52,054 nucleotides of DNA from positions 1 through 52,054 of the forward strand of contig JAFVMQ010000077.1 in NCBI GenBank assembly GCA_017506825.1, given 5' to 3'. Under the pieces are notes generated by a model. That model searched no databases. It was given only the letters and a program-made list of their open reading frames with translations, and was not told the origin of the DNA. The stretch comes from Bacteroidales bacterium. Its GTDB lineage: Bacteria; Bacteroidota; Bacteroidia; Bacteroidales; UBA932. This document shows positions 37,181-47,489 of this stretch, piece by piece. Numbering within the stretch: the first letter of the stretch is position 1; each line of letters opens with the position of its first letter. A program made the translations under genes and the position numbers.

Positions 37181-40100
37181 ATGTCCTTTGTCCATCTTCA
37201 TGTCCATACACAATATTCCATTCTTGACGGTCAGGCTTCTATAGCGGGGCTTTTCGAACGTGCGAAGGAGCTGGAAATGCCGGCTCTTGCCATCACCGAC
37301 CACGGAAACATGTACGGTGTGAAGGAATTCCTGAAGGTGGCGAAGAAGTTTCCGGAGGTCAAGCCGATCATCGGATGCGAGGTCTATGTTACCCGCCACT
37401 ATGACCACAAACTCAAGGACAAGGACCACAGAGGCTACTATCACCTCATCCTTCTGGCGAAGAATTACGCCGGTTACAAGAATCTGATGAAGATCGTCTC
37501 AACCGGTCATATCGAAGGTAAATACTATGACAAGCCGAGGGTTTCGCATGAGATAGTCGAAAAGTACTCCGAGGGGCTTGTGTGCTGTTCTGCATGTATC
37601 GCCGGAGAGGTTCCGAGAGCTATCATAGCCGGCGACATGAAAGGAGCGGAAGAAGCGATAGCGTGGCATAAGAATATCTTCGGAGAGGATTTCTACCTCG
37701 AGGTTCAGATCCATAAGACCGAAATTCCGGGACAGTCGCAGGAAGTCTATGAAAGGCAGCTTGTGGCAAACGAAGGAATATTCGAACTGGCGGAAAAGAC
37801 CGGAACCAAGGTGGTTGCGACAAATGATGTCCACTTTGTACGCAAGGAGGATGGTCCGGCCCACGACAGGCTCATATGCCTTACGACCAATGTCTATGTG
37901 GACGATCCTGACCGAATGAGATATACCCAGCAGGAGTATCTCAAGAGCGAAGAGGAGATGTTGGACCTCTTCTACAAGCATCCTGAAACCTTGAGCAACA
38001 CTCTTGAGGTTGCGGATAAGATCGAGAACTTCAAGATCGACAAGGACCCTATCCTTCCGAAATTCGACCTTCCTGAGGACTTCCTTGCAGACATAGATAC
38101 CTATCTTGAGAAATACAGGAACATAATTGACGAAGGAAGATGCGACAAGAACGGCAACGAGCGCGGAGATGAATTCTGCCGCTCGGTCGCATATCTGTGC
38201 CATCTGACATATAAGGGTGCTCACTGGAGATACGGGGACACTCTGACAGACGAGCAGGCGGAACGTATCGAATTCGAGCTGAAGACCATCTGCAAGATGG
38301 GTTTCCCGGACTACTTCCTTATCGTGCAGGACTTCATAGCGGCAGCGCGAAGCGAGGGTATTTCAGTGGGTCCTGGTCGTGGATCGGCAGCCGGTTCGGC
38401 TGTTGCCTACTGTCTGAAGATCACCAATATCGACCCTATCAGATACGACCTTCTCTTCGAGCGATTCCTCAACCCTGACCGTATCAACATGCCCGATGTC
38501 GACATCGACTTCGACGATGACGGACGTTACCGTGTGTTCCAGTATATAGAGGAAAAATACGGAAAGGAGCAGATATCGCATGTGATCACATACGGTACGA
38601 TGGCAGCGAAGTCCGCCATCAAGGATGTGGCACGCGTGAGCCGTATGTCCATCGACGAATCGAACAGGCTTACCAAGCTCGTTCCCGACAAGCCGTTCGA
38701 GGCAACTGTAATCGAAGACGGAAAGAAGGTGACCAAGGAGTTCAAGCCTAAGCTTGGAAACTGCCTCAAGTACGGAGATCTCAAGAATGAGGTAGAGAAC
38801 GGAAACGAACAGACCAAGGAAGTCCTCAATTATGCCGGAAAGCTAGAAGGCTGCATACGTCAGACCGGAGTACATGCATGTGCAATGATCATCGGACGAA
38901 GCAATCTTACTGAATACATTCCTATCTGCGTGGCCAACGATAAGCTCACGGGAGAGGAGGTCTGGGTGTCCCAGTACGACGGACACTATATCGAAGAAGT
39001 GGGCATGCTCAAGATGGACTTCCTTGGCCTCAGGACTCTGTCCATCATCAAGGAATGTCAGGCCAATATCAAGAAACGCCACGGTATCGAATTCGATATA
39101 GAAAAGATCGATATAAACGATCCTCTTACATACGAGCTATACAGCCGCGGAGATACTACCAGCGTCTTCCAGTTTGAAAGTCCCGGAATGAAGGAATGGC
39201 TGATCAAGCTCCAGCCTACCAGATTCGAAGACCTGATCGCGATGAACGCCCTCTACCGTCCGGGTCCGATGGACTACATTCCAGATTTCGTGGAAAGAAA
39301 GCAGGGACGTCAGCCTATCGTTTATGACCTTCCGGAGATGGAGGAAATCCTTCAGGATACATACGGAATCACAGTTTACCAGGAGCAGGTGATGCTTCTT
39401 TCGCGTAAGCTCGCAGACTTTACCAGAGGTCAGGCGGATACCTTGCGTAAGGCCATGGGTAAGAAGCTCAAGGATGTCCTCGACAGCCTCAAGGGTCTCT
39501 TCATCGAAGGAGGAACAAAGAACGGTCACCCTAAGGACATGCTTGAAAAGATATGGGCAGACTGGGAGAAGTTCGCATCCTATGCCTTCAACAAGTCCCA
39601 CGCGACATGTTACGCCTGGGTAAGTTATCAGACCGGCTGGCTCAAGGCCCACTATCCTGCAGAGTTTCAGGCAGCCAACCTGACCAAGAATCTCTCCAAT
39701 ATGGACGAGATCAAGAAGATCATGGATGACTGCAAGAAGAACGGCATCAAGGTTCTCAATCCGGATATCAACGAGTCTGACGCAAGATTTACCGTAAACA
39801 AGCAGGGCGAGATCCGTTTCGGTCTCGGAGGCATCAAGGGCTTCGGAGACAATATCGTGCGTGCAATTCTTGCCGACAGGGAGGAAAACGGACTTTTTGC
39901 CGATATCTATGACTTTGTGGAGAGAATGTCAGGAACAGTCAACCGCAAGGCCTTCGAATCCCTTCTCCATGCAGGTGCATTCGACAGTTTCGGCATATGC
40001 CGCAAGCAGTTCATGCTTCCGTCCAAGAGCGGTGACACCTTCCTTGACACCCTGATCAGATACGGAGAACTGTACAGGAAAGATAGCATGGACAGCAGTA

Positions 40101-40864
40101 TTTCCCTCTTCGGAGAGGTAGAGGAACTGAAGCCTGAAAGACCTGAAATCCCGCCTATGGTAGGAGAGGAGAATATTCTTGACAGACTGCAGCAGGAAAA
40201 GGAGCTTGTAGGTATGTACCTTTCTTCTCATCCTCTGGAGCAGTACAGGTTCGAGATCGACAATTTCACTTCATGTCAGGTCAGCGAACTGGACAATCTG
40301 GTTTCCGAATGCGAGATGAAGAAGGAAAAGAGGAAGGTTTCGATCGCCGGATTCATAACAAAGACTGATAATCTTGTCAACAGGAACGGAAGACCGTGGT
40401 CAAAGACAGTGATAGAGGATTTCGGAGGAAGCTATGAAATAGCCCTGTTCGGAAAGGATCATGAGAACTTCATGAGCTACATGACTCTCCATAATGCAAT
40501 CTTCATAGAAGGTGAGATAGATGAGAAATATTACCTGAAGCCGGAAGAACGGGCTCAGGGAAAGACTTCTCCATATGCCTTCAAGATAAAGAAGATCATG
40601 CTTCTGGGCAACGTCACAGATACTTACATCAAGGGTTTTGCGATAAACGTCACCACCCCTATGCTTACTCCGGAATTCAGGGAGAAGCTGGTCAGGATGA
40701 TAAAGAAGAACAAAGGTAATGTTCCGCTGTCCATGTTCCTTTACGATCCGGAAAAGAAATGGAACATCGAATTCCTTTCCCGCAAGTTCCGTGTAGGAGT
40801 GACAGCCGAATTCATAGAAGAGCTCGAACGTCTTCGCATCCGTTATACAGTCTTGAAGAAGTAA
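37181..40864 (+). CDS. dnaE: DNA polymerase III alpha subunit
   Basis: PHP domain FVHLHVHTQYSILDG, AITDHG; GPGRGSAAGS, LLFERFLNPDR..MPDVDIDF, KMDFLGL, YAFNKSHA and a C-terminal OB fold. Confidence 0.98.
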   Translation: MSFVHLHVHTQYSILDGQASIAGLFERAKELEMPALAITDHGNMYGVKEFLKVAKKFPEVKPIIGCEVYVTRHYDHKLKDKDHRGYYHLILLAKNYAGYKNLMKIVSTGHIEGKYYDKPRVSHEIVEKYSEGLVCCSACIAGEVPRAIIAGDMKGAEEAIAWHKNIFGEDFYLEVQIHKTEIPGQSQEVYERQLVANEGIFELAEKTGTKVVATNDVHFVRKEDGPAHDRLICLTTNVYVDDPDRMRYTQQEYLKSEEEMLDLFYKHPETLSNTLEVADKIENFKIDKDPILPKFDLPEDFLADIDTYLEKYRNIIDEGRCDKNGNERGDEFCRSVAYLCHLTYKGAHWRYGDTLTDEQAERIEFELKTICKMGFPDYFLIVQDFIAAARSEGISVGPGRGSAAGSAVAYCLKITNIDPIRYDLLFERFLNPDRINMPDVDIDFDDDGRYRVFQYIEEKYGKEQISHVITYGTMAAKSAIKDVARVSRMSIDESNRLTKLVPDKPFEATVIEDGKKVTKEFKPKLGNCLKYGDLKNEVENGNEQTKEVLNYAGKLEGCIRQTGVHACAMIIGRSNLTEYIPICVANDKLTGEEVWVSQYDGHYIEEVGMLKMDFLGLRTLSIIKECQANIKKRHGIEFDIEKIDINDPLTYELYSRGDTTSVFQFESPGMKEWLIKLQPTRFEDLIAMNALYRPGPMDYIPDFVERKQGRQPIVYDLPEMEEILQDTYGITVYQEQVMLLSRKLADFTRGQADTLRKAMGKKLKDVLDSLKGLFIEGGTKNGHPKDMLEKIWADWEKFASYAFNKSHATCYAWVSYQTGWLKAHYPAEFQAANLTKNLSNMDEIKKIMDDCKKNGIKVLNPDINESDARFTVNKQGEIRFGLGGIKGFGDNIVRAILADREENGLFADIYDFVERMSGTVNRKAFESLLHAGAFDSFGICRKQFMLPSKSGDTFLDTLIRYGELYRKDSMDSSISLFGEVEELKPERPEIPPMVGEENILDRLQQEKELVGMYLSSHPLEQYRFEIDNFTSCQVSELDNLVSECEMKKEKRKVSIAGFITKTDNLVNRNGRPWSKTVIEDFGGSYEIALFGKDHENFMSYMTLHNAIFIEGEIDEKYYLKPEERAQGKTSPYAFKIKKIMLLGNVTDTYIKGFAINVTTPMLTPEFREKLVRMIKKNKGNVPLSMFLYDPEKKWNIEFLSRKFRVGVTAEFIEELERLRIRYTVLKK

Positions 40865-40884
40865 TTAAAGTACACTGCTAAAAA

Positions 40885-40954
40885 ATAAGAACGGCCCCAT
40901 TTGAGGTCGTTCTTATAGAAAAAAAACAGGGTGCTTAATTATGCACCCTGTTTT
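40885..40954. terminator. Two hairpins between the convergent dnaE and secDF genes
   Basis: ATAAGAACGGCC..GGTCGTTCTTAT (40885-40916) and AAAACAGGGTGC..GCACCCTGTTTT (40923-40954), flanked by A/T runs. Confidence 0.8.
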
Positions 40955-40960
40955 CTACTA

Positions 40961-43900
40961 TTACTTGTTTGCCTTCTTTGCCTCAGACTTTCTTGTTACA
41001 TCGAACATGATAGGTGTTGCGATGAAGATAGAAGCATAAGTACCGATGATGATACCGAGGATGAGTGCTACTGCAAGACCTCTGATCACCTCACCTCCGA
41101 AGATTGCAATGGCAAGCATTGTAACGAGAGTTGTAAGTGATGTGTTCATAGTACGCGAGAGAGTGCTGTTGAGAGCCTCGTTCACGTTCTGACGGAAGTC
41201 TGCCTTAGGATGAAGCTCCTTGTACTCACGGATACGGTCGAAGATAACCACTGTATCGTTGATTGCGTAACCGATGATTGTCAGGATCGCAGCGATGAAT
41301 GTCTGGTCGATATCAAGGCTGAATGGAAGGATACCTGAGAAGAGTGAGAAGAATCCGATCACAATAACAGCTGTGTGAGCAAGACCTGTCACACCACCGA
41401 GACCCCAAGTCCATCCTTTGAAGCGAACAGCGATGTAAGCAAAGATCACGAAGAGAGCGATGATTACAGCGATGATAGCGTTTCTTGTGATGTCGTTTGC
41501 GATGGTAGGTCCTACCTTGTCAGAACTGATGATACCGTTAGGGTTGTCGAGAGTTGAAGTAAACTCAGCGAATGTAAGTTCATTCGCGAAGAATCCATTG
41601 AGTGCATTGTAGAGCTTGTTCTCAACAGTTGCGTCAGCCTCAGTCGACTCGTCCTCAACGAGGTACTGTGTTGTAATCTTCATCTGGCTCTCACCACCGA
41701 ACTGCTTAACCTCGACAGCTCCGTCAAACTCTGCGATAGCTGCAGCACGAACCTCTTCTGCTGTTACAGACTTGTCGAATCTTACAACGTATGTACGTCC
41801 ACCAGTGAAGTCTACACCGTATGTGAAGCCCTTGGTGAAGATAGAAACGAGAGAGATGAGGATGAGTGCGCCAGAAACGATGTAAGCGATCTTCTTCTTG
41901 CCGATGAAGTCAACATGAGTGTTCTGGAGGAAGTTTCTTGTAACCTTGTTGTCGAATGTGATGTTCTTGCCCTTTGATACTCTGTCATCGAAGATGATTC
42001 TTGTGATGAATACAGATGTGAGGACAGAAGTGATGATACCGATGATGAGGGTAGTTGCGAATCCCTGTACAGGACCTGATCCGAAGAAGAAGAGTACGAG
42101 ACCTGTGAGGAATGTTGTGAACTGACCGTCGATGATAGCCGAGTAAGCATTTGAGTAACCGTCAGCGATTGCCTTGCTGAGACCCTTGCCTGCGCGAAGC
42201 TCTTCCTTGACGCGCTCGTAGATGATCACATTAGCATCCACAGCCATACCGAGAGTCAGCACGAGACCTGCGATACCTGGGAGTGTAAGTACAGCGCCGA
42301 ATGAAACGAGTGTTCCGAAAAGAAGCACAACGTTGCACAGGAGGGCGATGTCAGCAACGAGACCTGCTCCCTGATAGAAGAGGATCATGTAAAGGAGTAC
42401 AAGGAGGAATGCGATCACGAATGAGATGAGACCAGCGTTGATAGACTCAGCTCCGAGTGAAGGTCCCACAACCTGCTCCTGGATGATAGTTGCCGGTGCA
42501 GGGAGCTTACCTGACTTGAGTACGTTTGCAAGGTCTTCTGCCTCCTCGAGGGTGAAGTTACCTGTGATCTGCGAGCTACCGCCTGTGATCTCTGACTGTA
42601 CGTTAGGATATGAATATACCATACCATCGAGAACGATAGCGATCTGCTTGCCGATATTGTCTTTTGTCATTCTTGCCCAGATGTTCGCGCCTTCAGCGTT
42701 CATTGACATGGAAACCTCTGGTGATCCGCCTGTATTACCATATTGTACGCGCGCGTCAGTAACAACACCACCGTCGAGAGGTGCCTTTCCGTCGCGTGAA
42801 GTAGCCTTGATGGCAACGAGCTCGAAGATGTTCTCGTTAGGATCCATTGCAGATGCCTTTACTGTCCACATCGGCTTGAATTCAGGTGGGAAGAGCTGCT
42901 TGATCTGCGGCATTGCGAAATACTTGTTGATAGTCGCAGTGTCAGCGTAGTGTGCATAACCGATGCAAGCATATCCTCTTGCGGCTGAAGGCTGGAGAAC
43001 CGAGAAGAGAGGGTTCTGCTTCATGTAAGCAGCTTCAGCAGCAGCGTCGTTCTCTGCCTGCTTGAGCTCCTCTGCGAGAAGGTCTTCTCCTTCAGCAGCA
43101 GGTGCTTCCTCTACAGCAACTTCTGTGTCAGCGAAAAGTTCTGCAAGAGTAGCATTTGCTTCTGCGAGATATGGTTCAATCTCAACATTGTCATAAGTTG
43201 CCCAGAACTCGAGGGAAGCTGTTCCCTGAAGGAGCTTTCTTACACGCTCAGGCTCCTTGACTCCCGGAAGCTCCACAAGGATACGTCCGCTGTTTCCGAG
43301 CTTCTGGATATTAGGCTGAGTCACACCGAAGCGGTCGATACGGTTTCTGAGGACGTTGAATGAGTTAGAGATTGCGCTCTCAGCCTCACCTCTGATCACC
43401 TCGATAACCTCTGCGTTTGTAGACTCAGGTCCGATCTTGTCCCTCATTTCGTATGTTCCGAAGATCTGAGCGAGAGGCATTCCGTTTGCTGTCTCCTCCC
43501 AAGCTTCTGCGAAGAGGGTGATGTAGTCCTGACGTGAGTTTACGCTACGCTCTTCTGCAAGGGCAAGTGCTTTTGTAAACTCAGTTGCTTCGTTTCCGCC
43601 TGCAAGAGCCTTAACGAGGTCCTTGAGCTGTACCTGAAGCATTACGTTCATACCACCCTTAAGGTCGAGACCGAGGTTGATAGCCTTAGCCTTTACGTCC
43701 TTGTAAGTGTAGCCGAAATAAATCTTCTCTGATGAGATTGAATCGATGTACCTTCTGTTCTCGGTCTTCTTGAGTGAGTCGAGGTAGAAGGCTCTGTCCG
43801 CCTCGGCAACCTTGCCGAATGCGGCTGTCTGCATTGCAGCCTCTGCCTTTGCTTCAGCATATTTCTCAGCCTTCTTCTCCTGTCTGTTGGTTACAAGAGT

Positions 43901-43972
43901 AAAAGAAAGCTGCCAGAGAGATGCGAGCAAAAGAAGAATCGCTACAAATCTGATTGCACCTTTACTTTGCAT
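40961..43972 (-). CDS. secDF: Protein translocase subunit SecDF (fused)
   Basis: LGLDLKGG, RIDRFGV.QP, VGPSLG, GMAVDANV, GVDFTGG and GYAINDTVVIFDRIRE. Confidence 0.98.
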   Translation of the reverse strand: MQSKGAIRFVAILLLLASLWQLSFTLVTNRQEKKAEKYAEAKAEAAMQTAAFGKVAEADRAFYLDSLKKTENRRYIDSISSEKIYFGYTYKDVKAKAINLGLDLKGGMNVMLQVQLKDLVKALAGGNEATEFTKALALAEERSVNSRQDYITLFAEAWEETANGMPLAQIFGTYEMRDKIGPESTNAEVIEVIRGEAESAISNSFNVLRNRIDRFGVTQPNIQKLGNSGRILVELPGVKEPERVRKLLQGTASLEFWATYDNVEIEPYLAEANATLAELFADTEVAVEEAPAAEGEDLLAEELKQAENDAAAEAAYMKQNPLFSVLQPSAARGYACIGYAHYADTATINKYFAMPQIKQLFPPEFKPMWTVKASAMDPNENIFELVAIKATSRDGKAPLDGGVVTDARVQYGNTGGSPEVSMSMNAEGANIWARMTKDNIGKQIAIVLDGMVYSYPNVQSEITGGSSQITGNFTLEEAEDLANVLKSGKLPAPATIIQEQVVGPSLGAESINAGLISFVIAFLLVLLYMILFYQGAGLVADIALLCNVVLLFGTLVSFGAVLTLPGIAGLVLTLGMAVDANVIIYERVKEELRAGKGLSKAIADGYSNAYSAIIDGQFTTFLTGLVLFFFGSGPVQGFATTLIIGIITSVLTSVFITRIIFDDRVSKGKNITFDNKVTRNFLQNTHVDFIGKKKIAYIVSGALILISLVSIFTKGFTYGVDFTGGRTYVVRFDKSVTAEEVRAAAIAEFDGAVEVKQFGGESQMKITTQYLVEDESTEADATVENKLYNALNGFFANELTFAEFTSTLDNPNGIISSDKVGPTIANDITRNAIIAVIIALFVIFAYIAVRFKGWTWGLGGVTGLAHTAVIVIGFFSLFSGILPFSLDIDQTFIAAILTIIGYAINDTVVIFDRIREYKELHPKADFRQNVNEALNSTLSRTMNTSLTTLVTMLAIAIFGGEVIRGLAVALILGIIIGTYASIFIATPIMFDVTRKSEAKKANK

Positions 43973-44057
43973 AATAATTGTATTGTTTTAATGATATTTG
44001 TTATCAGTTATTTCCGGATTTCCATACCGCTGTATATAGCATCCGCAAAATAGGGCA

Positions 44058-44147
44058 CAAATTTACGACTTTTTTCTTATAAATGAAGAAACTGTCTGGT
44101 TTTATCGACTTTTTATCACAAGAATATGTAATTATTTCGTATTTTTG
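44058..44147. promoter_or_regulatory. Divergent -7 promoter elements (secDF and the PD40-nfeD-floA operon)
   Basis: TAAATTTG on the minus strand (44058-44065) and TATTTTTG on the plus strand (44140-44147). Confidence 0.6.
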
Positions 44148-44174
44148 TAGGCTGATAACGAGTGTAAACAAGAA

Positions 44175-45980
44175 ATGAGTAGGAGAAACGTAGCGGTAAG
44201 GATAATTACCCTGTTGGTGTTGCTGTCTATGTCTGTCGCTGTAAAAGCTCAGACAGAGAAGGCTCTTGCTGAAATGCGCAGGGGTGATGATCTCCGTTAC
44301 GAGTACCGTTTCGAGGATGCATGCGAGGCTTATGAATCAGCGATGGAGATGTTCGTTGATTCCCTGATGACCGTTGATGATTCTCTTCTGCGTCTCGATA
44401 TAAGCGACAGGCTGCTGATGGCTGAAAACGGATTGAGCATGATGGATTTCGTATATATTCCGAGAGTGGTCGCAAAGCATAAGTTTTCAGTTGAGGATTT
44501 CTACCTCTACTATCCTCTTCCTGAAGGAAACTGGAGAACTGTCCCGTATCAGCTTGACAGTACTGTCCATGCTTTTGCAAAAGCGGCTTATATTCCTGAG
44601 AATATGGATCCCATCTACTGGTCTGCAGCGGATGCTGATGGTGTAAGAAACCTTTACAAGACCGAGTATCAGGATACTTTATGGACGGTTCCTGCTCTTC
44701 TTAACGAGCATCTGACATCCACTTCCGATGAGATTTATCCTATGCTTTCTCCCGATGGAAGCAAGATGTTCTTTTCTTCTGACGGACTTTACGGAATAGG
44801 CGGTTTTGATATCTATGTATCCGAGTGGGATGATGAAGTCAATGACTGGTCCGAACCTGTCAATATGGGTTTCCCGTATTCTTCGCCTGCGGATGATTTC
44901 CTGTATATAGATACGGAAGACGGCGAATATTCCGTTTTTGCTTCCAACAGGGACTGCTCTAAAGACAGCGTATGGGTATATGTCCTTGAATATGATGACA
45001 TACCTGTCAGACACCTTGTCGACACTCCTGAGGAACTGATCGAAATCGCTGCAATGAACCTGTCGGATTCATATCAGAGTTCGGAAAATGTCGAGATCGA
45101 TACGGATATTCCGGAAAACATGGATACCCGCAGGTATATGGACAAGATGGCGGAGGTCAGGATGCTCAATGACAGTATCGCCTATGCGTTGGCAGGAAAC
45201 GAGAGCCGTCTGCCGGCTCTTCAGGATTCTCTTGCCAGAGCTACAGAGCAGCTGCACAAGATCGAGATGGAGTTCCTGTTCAGCGGAGTCGTCATCGACC
45301 CCGACAAGCTTCTGCAGGAAGCTGACAGGGAGATTGCAAGCCAGACGGTTGATTATGCCTTTACCAGACAGAATCCGGGCGAGCCGTTGGCTTTGAAGAT
45401 GCAGGAGCCTGAGCCGGCTTTCGACTATTCCTTCAAGATTCTGGACGAGGGTCAGTTTGCAGAGGATAACACCTTGCCGGAAGGACTCGTATATCAGATC
45501 CAGATGTTTTCTCTCGGAACCAAGGCAACACTGGCAAATCTTAAAGGTCTGAGTCCGGTATTCGAGACGGAGACTTCCAACGGGCGCTATGTCTACAGGG
45601 TCGGCGTCTTCAGAACATACAATGATGTCCTTGCCAACCTGAATTCAGTCAAGAAGGCAGGTTTCAGAAGTGCATTCATTACGGCATTCAATGACGGTGA
45701 AGAAGTTCCGATAAGCAAGGCCAAGACAATTGAAGCGGAAAACAGGAAGCCGTCGCTGTATGAGATCAGGATAACAACAGCCGATCTTGATATGATTCTT
45801 GCAGAAGGAATAAGGCAGCAGGCTCCGGGAAAGGATATTTCCCGTGTTGAGAAGGAGGATAGTACAGTCGTCTATGTTGTCGGTCCGTTTGCAGACCATG
45901 ACAAGGCCGAAGAACTTGCAGGCTTCATCCGTGCTATGGGTGAAAGGAATACTGAATGTATAGAATTACCTCAATATTAA
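44175..45980 (+). CDS. Periplasmic protein with PD40 (TolB-like) repeats and a C-terminal SPOR-like domain
   Basis: Signal peptide; DEIYPMLSPDG..MFFSSDG..GIGGFDIYVS and PVNMGFPYSS.ADD; YQIQ...YRVG.F......L..VKKAGF.SAFI. Confidence 0.7.
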   Translation: MSRRNVAVRIITLLVLLSMSVAVKAQTEKALAEMRRGDDLRYEYRFEDACEAYESAMEMFVDSLMTVDDSLLRLDISDRLLMAENGLSMMDFVYIPRVVAKHKFSVEDFYLYYPLPEGNWRTVPYQLDSTVHAFAKAAYIPENMDPIYWSAADADGVRNLYKTEYQDTLWTVPALLNEHLTSTSDEIYPMLSPDGSKMFFSSDGLYGIGGFDIYVSEWDDEVNDWSEPVNMGFPYSSPADDFLYIDTEDGEYSVFASNRDCSKDSVWVYVLEYDDIPVRHLVDTPEELIEIAAMNLSDSYQSSENVEIDTDIPENMDTRRYMDKMAEVRMLNDSIAYALAGNESRLPALQDSLARATEQLHKIEMEFLFSGVVIDPDKLLQEADREIASQTVDYAFTRQNPGEPLALKMQEPEPAFDYSFKILDEGQFAEDNTLPEGLVYQIQMFSLGTKATLANLKGLSPVFETETSNGRYVYRVGVFRTYNDVLANLNSVKKAGFRSAFITAFNDGEEVPISKAKTIEAENRKPSLYEIRITTADLDMILAEGIRQQAPGKDISRVEKEDSTVVYVVGPFADHDKAEELAGFIRAMGERNTECIELPQY

Positions 45981-45986
45981 TGGATT

Positions 45987-46457
45987 ATGGGATTTATAAT
46001 TACTTTGATACTTGTCGGTCTCGTGCTGATTTTCGCTGAGATCCTTATCATACCTGGAGTTGGTTTTGCCGGGATTCTGGGATTGGTTTCTATGGGCGGT
46101 TCCTGCTATTATGCCTTTGATCAGATGGGAACGACTGCCGGAGCTGTCGTGACAGCAGTCAATGCCGTGCTGATAGTGGCTCTGTCTGTCTGGGTGCTCA
46201 GGGCAAAGACATGGAAGAGGCTCTCTCTTGAAACAAACATCACTTCAAAGGCGGTCCCTTCTGAATCGGTGGTAGTTGCGGTAGGTGACAAGGGTGTTAC
46301 CCTGACCCGACTCGCTCCGATGGGTAATGTCCGCTTTGGGGATGTTTCCGTCGAGGTCAAGGCTCTTGAAGGAATGATCGATCCCGGCAAGGATGTCAGG
46401 GTTGTCCTAATCGAAGAGAACAAGATCTTCGTAGAGACCGTAGGTGAGGAACTTTAA
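45987..46457 (+). CDS. nfeD: NfeD family membrane protein
   Basis: AEILIIPG.G..G.LG TM hairpin and C-terminal OB fold (G.T.TRLAPMG); upstream of floA. Confidence 0.88.
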   Translation: MGFIITLILVGLVLIFAEILIIPGVGFAGILGLVSMGGSCYYAFDQMGTTAGAVVTAVNAVLIVALSVWVLRAKTWKRLSLETNITSKAVPSESVVVAVGDKGVTLTRLAPMGNVRFGDVSVEVKALEGMIDPGKDVRVVLIEENKIFVETVGEEL

Positions 46458-46480
46458 CATAACAATCAAACAACAATATT

Positions 46481-47434
46481 ATGAACGCTATGATTATCGT
46501 TTGGATCGCAGTCGCAATCGTCGGTCTTGTGATCTTCCTCTGGTTCTTCCCGGTAACTCTCTGGTTCCAGGCATTGATTTCCGGAGTCCGCATCTCTCTT
46601 ATCCAGCTCGTCCTCATGCGCTGGAGGGGTGTTTCACCTAATACTATCGTGATGGCGATGGTTACAGGTACAAAGGCAGGTCTTACTCTTTATGCGAATG
46701 AGCTTGAAGCCCATTATCTTGCAAAGGGTAATGTCCCTAAAGTAGTGAACGCCCTCATTTCTGCCGACAAGGCAAATATTTCTCTCGATTTCAAGATGGC
46801 TGCGGCAATCGATCTCGCTGGTCGTGACGTGTTCGAGGCTGTTCAGATGTCGGTAAACCCTAAGGTAATCAACACACCTCCTGTTACAGCTGTGGCAAAG
46901 GATGGTATCCAGCTTATCGCCAAGGCGCGTGTGACTGTGCGTGCTAACATCAAGCAGCTCGTCGGAGGTGCAGGAGAAGAGACTGTTCTTGCCCGCGTCG
47001 GTGAGGGTATAGTATCTTCAATCGGTTCGGCTGAGAGCCACAAGCTCGTTCTTGAGAACCCGGACAGCATTTCTAAAGTCGTTCTTAACAAGGGACTTGA
47101 TGCGGGAACAGCATTCGAGATCCTCTCTATCGACATTGCGGATATCGACATAGGAAAGAATATCGGAGCAGTTCTCCAGATGGACCAGGCTGAAGCTGAC
47201 AAGAACATTGCCCAGGCTCGTGCAGAGGAACGTCGTGCAATGGCTGTAGCTCTCGAGCAGGAAATGAAGGCAAAGGCACAAGAAGCCCGTGCCCGCGTGA
47301 TCGAGGCGGAAGCCGAGGTTCCTCTCGCAATGGCAGAAGCTTTCCGCAACGGAAATCTCGGTATCATGGATTATTATAAGATGAAGAATATCCAGGCCGA
47401 TACTGAAATGCGCGAGAATATAGCAAAGCAGTAA
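46481..47434 (+). CDS. floA: Flotillin-like protein FloA (YqfA/UPF0365)
   Basis: [46 protein letters not shown] and [14 protein letters not shown]. Confidence 0.95.
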   Translation: MNAMIIVWIAVAIVGLVIFLWFFPVTLWFQALISGVRISLIQLVLMRWRGVSPNTIVMAMVTGTKAGLTLYANELEAHYLAKGNVPKVVNALISADKANISLDFKMAAAIDLAGRDVFEAVQMSVNPKVINTPPVTAVAKDGIQLIAKARVTVRANIKQLVGGAGEETVLARVGEGIVSSIGSAESHKLVLENPDSISKVVLNKGLDAGTAFEILSIDIADIDIGKNIGAVLQMDQAEADKNIAQARAEERRAMAVALEQEMKAKAQEARARVIEAEAEVPLAMAEAFRNGNLGIMDYYKMKNIQADTEMRENIAKQ

Positions 47435-47455
47435 GCTCATTGTCAATCAATTGGA

Positions 47456-47489
47456 AAAATCGCCTGTGTCAAATGACGCAGGCGATTTT
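47456..47489. terminator. Bidirectional terminator
   Basis: AAAATCGCCTGTGTCA-AA-TGACGCAGGCGATTTT between the convergent floA and sulfatase genes. Confidence 0.85.

Noticed and set aside
38070-38200. Apparent insertion in DnaE after the PHP domain (possible intein)
   Set aside because: Only about 30-40 aa, with no intein C/S...HN termini or LAGLIDADG motif; probably a lineage-specific loop.
44175-47434. PD40/SPOR protein-nfeD-floA operon as a novel system
   Set aside because: nfeD-floA pairing is well known and this looks like core Bacteroidales gene order; nothing unusual is visible.
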